A stretch of DNA of 64,000 nt from Iphione sp. A-MEVVRFRX5 (taxonomy: Eukaryota), in contig OZ320314.1 in assembly GCA_976226885.1 (NCBI GenBank), positions 81,220,001-81,284,000 on the forward strand, written 5' to 3'. Under the pieces are notes generated by a model that was not told the DNA's origin, ran no database searches, and saw only the letters and a list, made by a program, of their open reading frames with translations. Position 1 is the stretch's first letter. Each line of letters begins with the position of its first letter. This document shows, piece by piece, positions 10,501 to 20,400 of this stretch. Made by a program: the position numbers and the translations under genes.

Positions 10501-13500
10501 ATGTCTTTAAGCAAATGTATGTGCGTGTCGATACATATCATACACATCATGTCTCCAGGTGTTCACCTGGAGGGGCCTTTCATCAGCAAGGAGAAGCGAG
10601 GCGCCCACCCCGAGGAACATGTGAGGAGCCTTGAGGGGGGCATCTCCACCGTCGAGAAGGTCTACGGCTCACTGGAGAAAGCCAGCATTGTCACCATGGC
10701 ACCCGAACTACCCGAGGCCAACTCTGTCATCGACGAGCTCGTGTCCCGCGGTATCACCGTCTCCTTAGGTGAGTCCTCAGACGTCAGTCACATTCTTCAT
10801 GTTTCCAAACTTTACATTGACAGAATTGGAGACACTCTCGGGGTCAAGAGTTGATTCTAGGTCTTTCGTCCTCTTTGCCCTTAACGTACTCGTTAAAGAT
10901 TATATATTGGAAGAAAGTGCATTTTAATTAGTTGTCCTGTTCTCAATGGATTGATGAAAGAATGAATTCACTACATCGGAAAATATAATGGTGTATTGAT
11001 TTTTTCCCAATAATGTTCTTAAAAATCAAATTGTATATAAATATCAGACCAATTATGGTTACACAGAGACTTCAATACTTTGAATGCCAAATATCTGTTT
11101 TAGGGAGTAATCTAAAGCTCTGAATCAATATGTATTACCATGAGTAAAGTATCTATGTTTGAAATATCGAGGGATTCAAATTTTTTTATCATTAGAAGTA
11201 GCTAGGTCTGACTGCATATGGATGAGCTAAACAGAGATGAGTGAAATTAAAACTTCTTCTCCTGCCTTTATAGGACACTCAACAGCCAACCTGAGTCAGG
11301 GTGAAGAGGCCGTGAAGCACGGTGCCACCTTTATTACTCACCTGTTCAACGCCATGCTGCCTGTAAAAGAACTTTTATTATACATGCTCTTGTGTTTACA
11401 GTGCTGAAATTATTGGCTGGAATAAGCCTGAAATTCAGGACAAAGTTGTCGAACCATATCCTGATTAAGACCAGACTTAGAAGATATTCTTTACGGTATC
11501 ATTGAACCACATGGTATTTATCAATCAAACCTATTCAGTGTAGTTAAATACATCATAGTTTATTTTTCAAATGCAAATGTATCACGAGGATCTTCAGTGT
11601 ACCTAAAAAAATCAGTAAACCTATCATGATATCATTATTATGATTTAGAGAAATACTCAAGTTACTTCCATAGAAAACACATTTTAAATGAAGAGAAACT
11701 AAAGCAGAAGTCGGCCTGTTGCAGTTTCACCATCGAGACCCTCATCTGGTGGGCCTGTTGGCCAGTAGTGTGGTTCCTACGGACCGTCCTGTGTATTATG
11801 GGATGATCGCGGATGGTATTCACACCCACCCCGCCGCTCTGCGAATAGCCCACCGGACATATCCTAAAGGTACAACTAGGGAAATGTTATCCTTAAAATA
11901 TGTACTAATATGCAAATGAAAAATAAACAAGGTTTTTAAATAATAAGTGCAGGTACAACGTCAGGTTTTTCGATATTTGTATATTTTCAAGGGGCTTTTA
12001 CTTAGGATTGATAAATATCATTTTGTCAGCTTTGTCTTTCTTAATTTCACAATTTGGAAAGCAAATCTTGATACTAGAACCATTCACGATCATGTCTGTC
12101 TCCAGTCAGGTTCACTGACCACTACGTTAACGGATTTATTATCTGTGATATGTAGGGTTGGTGCTGGTGACGGATGCTGTTCCTGCCATGGGACTCGCAA
12201 CAGGAAAACATCACATCGGCTCTCAAGTGGTGGAGATAAAGGACAAGCGAGCCCTAATTGCAGGCACAAATACACTCTGTGGAAGGTTTGTGATTACCTA
12301 TATGTTGATACAGACAGACAAACAGACAAACAGAGAGAGAGATAGAGGGTTATAACATGAAGACAAAGCGGGAAGAAATGGTGAGTGACCAAAAAAAAAC
12401 AGAAGCAGACTGAAAAAAATTAAAAGTTGGTAACTTTGAAGACTTATGGTGAATTACGCTTACGTCCGCTCCCCATCCCACACACCTAATATTTTTGTAT
12501 AATGTCATGTTGCCACTTGCACAATCGTCCTTAACCCTGTGGAAAAGCCACATGGAGACTCAGATAACAGAAGACAAAATGGTACGTAAATAATCCTCTC
12601 TGGCAAGCATATCTATGAAAATACATTACATGTACAGTCGAATGCCACACTGGGACTACCCCACCATTCTGAGCTCAAGTGGTCGCATTAGTGGTTTGAG
12701 TCACAGTGTGGTCTTGTATCAGTTTTTTAGTTGAATTTGCATACACTTCGCCCTTTTTGGACTGAATTTGCATGAATTTCACTGTTTTTCTGCGAAATGT
12801 GCATGAGTTTTGCCCTTTTTTATGGTATAAATCCACCAGTTTGTGGTATTAACCTGCTGATTCACGGTATAAATCAACTATGGTAACACCTCTGCTTGCA
12901 CATTAAACGATGAAAACCCCTCTATCTCTTTGAGCTAGGACATGTGAATGTTCATGCTAACACCTCTGGTCACATTGTGATAATGAAATACTATGAATAT
13001 GACTCTAATGTGCAGTTGCAGGGTGGTTTGGCCACAAATTAGTCAGCCATATACATGTACAGTACACTCCCTGCCTGCGGACGCATCTCGGAAGCGGACG
13101 CTTCTACAATGCGGACGATTTGAAGCAGAACGAAAATGTTTCCTATAGTTAACCAGTATAAGGGAACGTCTCTAATCAGGACAGCTAATTTTTGAGAGCC
13201 TCTCCCTGTGGACACTCTCAAAGGGTAGTGGTTCATGCCTCTGTACATGTTTTTGTGCGAATTCACACCTTAAAATGCGAATTCACACCTCTAAACCTGG
13301 TGGGGGCATCAGAGACGACCTCTCTGATGTACCTCACACCTCTATTAACAATTAAAAGAGTGGTTGAGGGAGTTAATTGAATAACCCTGTGAACAAGGTG
13401 TTGTCACGCGAATTTAGGGCTGCAGAGAGGCCTGAGAAGGACTCTAGGGAGGCTCCAGTAGTCAATACTTTTTTGACTTTTACTTGTCAAATTCAGTACT

Positions 13501-13563
13501 TTTAGGACTTTAACTGGTGAAATTCAGGACTTTTAGGACTTTTACTGGTCAAATTCAGTACTT

Positions 13564-13620
<57 letters not shown>

Positions 13621-15595
13621 GGGATAATATTTCCAAGCTTGACCCCCCCCCCCCCCCCCCCTCATCCGATCTCCAATGCGGACACGCCTCAAATGCAGAC
13701 AGTTTGGGTAAGAACGCAGGGTGTCCGGAATGGAGAGAGTGTACTGTAGTGGTATTTTGATATACATATTAACAGAAGGAAAAATTCTGTCCTGAGCTCA
13801 ACCGGCTATATTGACAGTTTCGGTCGCATTTTGGTATGGTCGCAAAGGGGCAGTTGACTGTACAATCAAATGACCATTTGAGACCACCCCGCTGGTCCGA
13901 CCTCAAGTGATCCGATTTAGCGATATCAGTCACAAATTGGCATAAGAGTGGTCAAGCATGGAAATGAACTCCTTTTCTCCCTCTCTCTATGCAACCCAGT
14001 TCCCATAGGGAGGAGTGGTCGGCCTCACACATCTGGTCTGAAGGGTCGCAGTAACACCTCTGGTTGCAAATAGACATTAAAATACAGTAGAAACAACCCT
14101 GAGATGTGTGGTCACATGATGGAAATCAGTATGATTGCAAATTGATACATAAATATACGGCTTAACAGAGGCGAATATTTCCATTATGAGCTCAAACGGT
14201 TGTATATCTGGTTTTGGTCACAAATTGGTATGGTTGCAAATAGGCATTTCACTGTACTTCAAATCTATTTTTCAGTAATAAGTTCTTCATATCAGCACGT
14301 AAAGGTCAGTATTTGCTGTCTGTGATTATGTAACTGCAAACAATGTATATGCACTTATTTTTTATCGACCTGTCTGGAGTTGCTGCCAATAGCAGGGGAA
14401 TTCATGAATGTACTATTTGCCCATAGCATTGAAGTATATTAATGTACTATTATCTCTCCGAGGGTTAAATGCTTTTGGTTTACTTCATTTCAGCATAGCG
14501 TCAATGAACGAGTGTGTCAAGTACTTCTACAATGCAACAGGTATACATTATCGTCATTTACATTGTAGGTTTAGCATTACTGTTTTGTATACACCGACAT
14601 CTATGAGTAACAAAAAAAAAGATAATTTTATGATACACGTGTTATTGAATACAGTATCAACTCAATGTACAGGCACGTCAGCTAGGAGGGCAACTCAGAA
14701 TGAAGGGCAATTTTTCCCGTCCAAGCACGATATAATTTTGTAAGGAAAACAACATTCTATCAAGGAGGGCTTCATTAAGGGCAGAATTATCTGTTCCCTT
14801 CACATTATAAGGTTTCTATTGTAATAATAAAATACACATATATTTAAACCTGTCTTGTGTGTAATGGTTAATGTATCACTTGAATACAGTTCAAAGAGAA
14901 TACACGGATATCTAGATTTTCGTTAGAGACCTTAGTCATGGCGGTTTAACAGTTTAATATGACATGGAAAAAGAGGAGCATGACGCCGTTGGGTTGACGC
15001 GCGTTATAACATTAGTAGTAGGCCAGGTGGCGCTGAAGTGATTGCTCACCTAAGTCGCCACCCTGCGGCAAAGAGGAAAACGATTTCCTCTCCGTGTGAC
15101 CAGCTCAAGGGGAACGTGAATTGATTGTGGGGTAAGAATTATACCAATCGATCCTTAATTGGCCAGAATTGTGTGAATTATATTAGAAAACAAAACAACA
15201 GAAATTCCACTTTTTTCTGATTCTGTGGCTCCGTTTAAAGATTTTATAAACGTTCGGAGAAGGTTCACACTTTGGAGCAGCTGCTTGTAGGTGAAACTAG
15301 TGAGGAGTGTGAAGGGCATGTTGTATGTAACAGTCGAGGATGTCTTTGGCTCCCGCTTTGAATCTCTGTTGATTTTGCAGAATGCAGTCCGGTGGACGCC
15401 CTGGAGGCAGCCAGTCTTCATCCAGCCGAGGCGCTCGGCATTGACCATCGCAAGGGGTCGCTGGCTTACGAGACAGACGCTGACTTCATCCTATTGGATG
15501 ATAATCTCACCGTGGAGGCCACCTTCATAGGGGGAGAACTGGTGTGGAAGAGTGAACAGTCCAGGGATCTCACTCTCCACATGTTATATGGGTGA
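7348..15595 (+). CDS. AMDHD2: N-acetylglucosamine-6-phosphate deacetylase (AMDHD2/NagA), 9 coding exons, 416 aa
   Basis: join(7348-7567,7917-8056,8666-8720,10559-10768,11274-11362,11725-11869,12156-12285,14494-14540,15381-15595) = 1251 nt. All introns are GT-AG and in phase. Motifs [40 protein letters not shown] and ASLHPA are characteristic of the NagA amidohydrolase family. Confidence 0.96.
7917..8056 (+). CDS. AMDHD2: AMDHD2 coding exon 2 (AFGVDFS...[12 protein letters not shown]...YSK)
   Basis: Acceptor ggccag; donor AAG|GTTCTC; NagA motif GVTSYCPT. Confidence 0.92.
8666..8720 (+). CDS. AMDHD2: AMDHD2 coding exon 3 ([19 protein letters not shown]), 55 nt, absent from the ORF track
   Basis: Acceptor gtctttacag; donor G|GTTTGT; supplies the GAGILG segment that precedes VHLEGPF. 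Confidence 0.9.
10559..10768 (+). CDS. AMDHD2: AMDHD2 coding exon 4 ([16 protein letters not shown]...TMAPE...GITVSL-G)
   Basis: Metal-ligand HLEGP motif; donor G|GTGAGT. Confidence 0.95.
11274..11362 (+). CDS. AMDHD2: AMDHD2 coding exon 5 (HSTAN...THLFNAMLP)
   Basis: Two metal-ligand histidines (GHS, THLFNAM); acceptor ctttatag; donor CCT|GTAAAA. Confidence 0.95.
11725..11869 (+). CDS. AMDHD2: AMDHD2 coding exon 6 (FHHRDP...[16 protein letters not shown]...YPK-G)
   Basis: ADGIH motif; GT-AG boundaries in phase. Confidence 0.95.
12156..12285 (+). CDS. AMDHD2: AMDHD2 coding exon 7 ([12 protein letters not shown]...TLCG-S)
   Basis: Catalytic Asp motif LVTDA; phase 1 to 2. Confidence 0.94.
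12310..12350. repeat. (GACA/GA)n microsatellite
   Basis: cagacagacaaacagacaaacagagagagagatagag. Confidence 0.7.
13060..13746. mobile_element. Second Tc1/mariner-type MITE nested inside the previous element
   Basis: TA at 13058-13059 and 13747-13748; TIRs cagtacactccct / agagagtgtactg (12 of 13 matching); subterminal gcggac repeats. Confidence 0.75.
13467..13661. repeat. 31-bp tandem repeat (3.2 copies) followed by (GA)n (13567-13618) and poly-C (13643-13661), probably a third inserted element
   Basis: Unit acttttaggacttttactggtcaaattcagt, read directly. Confidence 0.8.
13863..14254. mobile_element. Related Tc1/mariner-type MITE abutting the outer element and sharing its TA
   Basis: Starts TA|caatcaaatgacc and ends aggcatttcactg|TA (14255-14256). 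Its 3' part (ggtcacaaattggtatggttgcaaat) resembles that of the 12635-13860 element (ggtcgcattttggtatggtcgcaaag). Confidence 0.6.
14494..14540 (+). CDS. AMDHD2: AMDHD2 coding exon 8 ([16 protein letters not shown])
   Basis: Acceptor tacttcatttcag; donor CAG|GTATAC; phase 2 to 1. Confidence 0.9.
15020..15034 (+). promoter_or_regulatory. CTCF-motif-like site
   Basis: aggccaggtggcgct matches 13 of 15 positions of the CCRSYAGRKGGCRSY core by eye; a single hit could arise by chance. Confidence 0.25.
15381..15595 (+). CDS. AMDHD2: AMDHD2 terminal coding exon ([15 protein letters not shown]...KGSL...DADFILLD...MLYG*)
   Basis: Acceptor gattttgcag; C-terminal amidohydrolase motifs; TGA at 15593-15595. 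Confidence 0.94.
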
Positions 15596-17137
15596 AAATA
15601 GAGGAAACCCTGCATTGGGGCACCCCTGCTGACCGACCAGGGCTACCTGTATGCATTTACATGTACTGTCTCAGTAATTACCCTGATTTACCTTTTCCCC
15701 AAAGCAAATGCGTAGCACCACCAGTAATAATCCTTATCCCTACCCCAATCCCTACACATTTATCTTGTCTTTTTCATTGTATTTGCACAAGCATACATGT
15801 ACATGAACATCTACATGCGTCTGTGGACTGCACATAGAACAATCGTGATTTGTTCAGTGCGGACTTTTACATAAAAAAGATGGGTTTATAACTCAAAGGT
15901 ATTGTATCGCATTGTGTAGTAATGCTATGGCAAAGGAAAGAGCCACATAATTTTCTAGCATAATACCATAACGTTTTTGCATGACCTGTTCGAGACAGTG
16001 TGATATTTCTTTTGCATTTAAGCATTAGTCCCTGTCAGCAACTATAATTATTGTGATAATTATTTTGCTCGTCTCACTCAACAATTAAGATAATTATTAC
16101 CATTAGTATTTTGTAGCCAACTGTTGTATTATGTGTTCTTTCGAAACTGAATGAGAACTGTTTGCATTTAACACCGAGGTCTTATTACATTTCTGTTATA
16201 AAGTAACCCGTATCATCAATATATGTAATCTGATCTACCGAACCTCTATGATATTTTTAGATGTGTGGTTATTGGTTCATCTTACTTTGGTTATTGCATA
16301 TTGTTTTTGTGATAGTGACTTTTGTCGCTAAAATTAACAGATACGCAAATTTGCTCGAAATATTGTTCATAAGCTATGAAGACCCCCTGAAAAAGTAGAT
16401 CTTAGTATCCACTCCAGCTTTTAGCAATCCCCTGTTAATACTTATCGATATCGATTAGTCGATATTGAAGACAGTTATTGTATTTAAAAGGGCGGGTAGT
16501 TAAGAGTAAAAATGTACTTTGTTATCAGATGATGATGTGAATGAAAATCATTGGATTCACCCCCAAAAGTAAAACCCCAAAGTAAAAACTTCACCTCATA
16601 CAAACTTAACCCTGTTCACACAAACCCATTTGAAATTTCTTCACGGTTGTCTTCGTTCACGTAACTGTGATAAACCATACATAGGATATTAGCCTGGTAG
16701 ACATGCACCCCTGATTAAGGGCGAACTTCAACTGTGTAACCTTCCCGCAGAATCAATAAATTAAGCCAAAGAATCAGTTGCTTTCAACGAGGAAAGTTGT
16801 ATCGAGTACATGAAACCGAAGGTTAATCGACAGCCACGTTTCAATGGATCAAATAAATGCTATATTGAGGAGAAAGTTGTGTTTGGTGTTCTATTATGAG
16901 TGGATACCCTGTATTATCGGGAAGCTCCTGGCATCGAGGCGACATCTTGTGTATTGTGTACCTACTAACATAAATGATGTTTTCCTTAACAGAGTGAACA
17001 CTAGTTACACTACACTTATAAAACAGCTTCCAGAAGATGTCATCATGCATTCTGACCCCTGCGCATGCCTATAATCTAGTGTACCAAGCAGTGAGCCATT
17101 TACAAAAGGCACAAGTTCTGGCACAAGGTGGTTGTGA

Positions 17138-17207
17138 ATCCCGAGTGGGGGCCTCAGGTTCCCCAAACCAAAAACCGGCAGAGGGGCCTCAGGTCCCCAC
17201 TCAGGAT
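17138..17207. repeat. Small inverted-repeat element
   Basis: atcccgagtgggg / ccccactcaggat (12 of 13 matching) enclosing a direct repeat ggggcctcaggt. Confidence 0.5.
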
Positions 17208-17224
17208 TGAAACTGCATGTGTGA

Positions 17225-17400
17225 GAGACTGAAAGGCAGAGAGGGATAAGGAGAAAGAAGAAGGGGGAGGAGAGGAGAGACTGAGGGGAAGAGAGCAAGG
17301 AAGAGACAGGAGGGAGGAGGGGAGGGAGAGAGAACAAGAAATGACAGAGGGAGGAGAGAATGAATGGAATAGGAGGGAGGGAGGGAGAGCAAGATCACAA
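17225..17400. repeat. Purine-rich (GA/GGA) low-complexity tract
   Basis: Predominantly A/G on the + strand. Confidence 0.85.
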
Positions 17401-20400
17401 AAATGAAGCTATTCATGAATAAATCTATAATTTCTTCATCGTTTTCCCGCATTAACGTAGAATTAATACATAATGTGTACATTTACACAGGTAGGAATTC
17501 ACACTGAACTTATTCTTTCCATGTACCTACACTGTACATGTACATGCATTTGTTTTTCACTAGTAGTTCAACCTAGTATGTTTAGTTTATATTTCCATCT
17601 ACGAGGGTGTACGAGAGTATTCATCAATGGAATGTTCTGCCAGGCAGATGGATTGAGGCTGACACGAATACATTCAGGAAGTTGGTTAAACAACATGTAC
17701 TAACTCATGGCCAGACGACATGAATAAAGTGTTTGAGTTACCAACGACCAACATTCTGGATAGACTGTGTATCTCAGTAAAGATTACCAGTTCAATTCAG
17801 TATGAGAAGTCTACGGACTTCATTTCTCTTTAAATATCAAAGATATAACGATACGCTTTGAAGCCAGTGGAGAAAAGAGACATTTATATTTTGTCAATCA
17901 GGAGCTACCTGTAGTCGAGTATTTCCGTGATCTCTCATAGCGAAAACAACCAACAAAGAAGACTTTGGACTGGGCAAGTTGAAGACATCTTAGCTACATA
18001 ACAAGAATTCTGTGCTTTTTGTACGTTAAAGTCATCTACAGACGGTATCTCTAGATTATAGGTCTTCCATGGAGGGAGCTGATCCTTTTCATTCGGGATG
18101 ACTTGTTCCTCATGTACACCACACGTCTTACTCCCATGAGCATGAAGTATTTGACCAACTTAATTCAAACTGCAGCAATTATCAAGGTTCGAGACGCGCA
18201 GTAACCTCTCGAGACCACCCCTCAACATTGCGACGTGAGATATAGTAATTTGTCGTCCCCTCGCGTGACGTCATGTCATGACAGATTTCGAGAACATGCT
18301 CTCACAGTGAGGTGCAGTTAAGTGATCTGAAACCAAGTCAAAATGATACACTACTATATCGAATGAACTCTAAACTACAGCCTACTTTATATAAGGATAA
18401 TAAATGCATTGTTTTCCTTGGGTGTCTCTCGGTAAAGTCTGTTCAATTAGTTATATATATTATTCTTATCGCGCCATAGAAGCTGGTTTATAAAGCAGTT
18501 TGATATAGCTCTTGGTTCGTCATAGAAGACATTTGATTTTAACGGATTTGCTTTAATTATTAATATTGGGGAGTAATGATCGTAAGATCAGATACGAAGC
18601 AGGATGTCAAATGTTCTCATACACTATCATAATGTACATAAGTGCACCCAGATTCTTCCCTTTGGCGGTGATGGATGAAATACAACCTAAAAATCTGCTT
18701 AAGTTGGCCAACACTATGTCAAGATATGCTTCAATACATACATAGAGTAGAACCGCAGTATTGAACCACCCAAGATCATGGCATACCCCTTTCTTTGGTA
18801 CAGATTTTGTCGGAACCAAGGTTGTCTATAATTTATAACGCCCTAAGAACATGGGACACCCCCTATGAGGATATCTTCACTAGGAATGAAGGACGTCCTT
18901 ATTTGTAAGGTTTTACTGTACATGCCAACTTTCATTAACGACTGGGTCTTGTCAGGTATGCTTTTGTTTTCCATTTCTTTCATACAGTATGAATGTTAAC
19001 ATTTTGTCTTCAAAAAGAAGCATTTCATTTACTCCTATATGCTGACTCCTAATTCCATTTATGTTTCTGGACACAAGGTACAAACATTACAACACTGGGT
19101 TCTCAGGAACACCCTCTGGGCACAAGGCTTGTATATTAGAATAAAAAGGTTAAAGGCATGATGTAAGAGTTCAAGTTCAATAAGATTATAAAATTATCAG
19201 TTTAGTCAACTCTCTAAAAGAATATATAAATAATGTGTAAGAAATGTACGGTTTGAGATTTTTTCCTATCGATGGTCAACTGGGGGAGCTCTTCTGTTCT
19301 GTAAATTTGTAGTTGTACATGTAAGCCTCTATCTATTCAGTACAGTGACTATCACTTTCAACGTGTGAATACAGCTATGCAGCGGAACCAGTAGTACACA
19401 TGTAGCCGAATAGGTCCAACATCTCTAAATGGTAGTAGTTAAGCAAGTGGGCAAACACTAGTGGCAGAGGCCCAACACACAGCACCACTGCAGAGTCGGT
19501 CGCGTGAGACGGACCATTACCTTTGTAAGAGGGATCCAGAGGCGCATACCTGTCATAATGGAGACGGAACAAGCGGCGCTAGAGCGAACGCCTTCATGCA
19601 ACATTCTTACATAGAAAAAATAGGAACTTCGATATCCGACGACTTTTAAATACCCCCTTGGAATGTAGAAGGATAGGCCATAAAGCTGATGTTTCCTCCA
19701 TGGGAAACATCGGTCGAAGGTATTCATGTAAAGTTGCTGCAAGCTAGCTCGTACAAAGTAGTTTTACTTCGGGACGAATAAACTTTTTTTTCGTCTCTTT
19801 TCACGGAGCAGGATATAGAGGTAATTTATTCCGTGCTTGTGGTTGAACATGTTTTAGTTGCTCATTGCATGCTTATAAAAACAGTTTCTTATTAATGTCG
19901 AGGGTGTGGGAACATCGTATGTCCATAATTTTCAAGACATTTAGTGGTATACGTGACTAAAAGCAAACTGGCGCACCTGCCAGCGATAAATCCCTATTTG
20001 ATATTCCACACCCAGTGATATTGTGGTCTTCCCATTCTAAGTATAGACGCAGGGTGACATAGTGCCGCATGATATCAAAAACGTAAAGTGGTTAGCGACA
20101 TGATCATTGACACTCAAACGACGTGGTAATTTACAGTCATGTGTCGTTAAAACACTTATTCCATGGATATAATAGATTCTATATCCATGTGCCTGCAATA
20201 GCTACACGAGAGATGATGACGTATACATACAATGCTGTATGGAACATGCGACGGGGAAAAGGAAGTGGGATATCAGCAGAGACAAACAAGACAGCACAGG
20301 ACAGTGATTAAATTCAGTGTTCACTTATGACGGTAGACGGAACGGCTGATTTTAAACAGATAATTCCAACACGTTACGCTCCTTACGTTTATAAATCAAA

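Larger units (their letters stand above)
12635..13860. mobile_element. Tc1/mariner-type non-autonomous element (outer element of a nested stack)
   Basis: TA at 12633-12634 and 13861-13862; TIRs cagtcgaatgcc / ggcagttgactg (reverse complement cagtcaactgcc). TA duplication with CAG termini is typical of the superfamily. Confidence 0.65.

Noticed and set aside
19375-19742. Minus-strand peptide with HYDRYAPLDPSYK resembling a GPCR DRY motif
   Set aside because: Wrong spacing, no run of TM helices, interrupted by stops.
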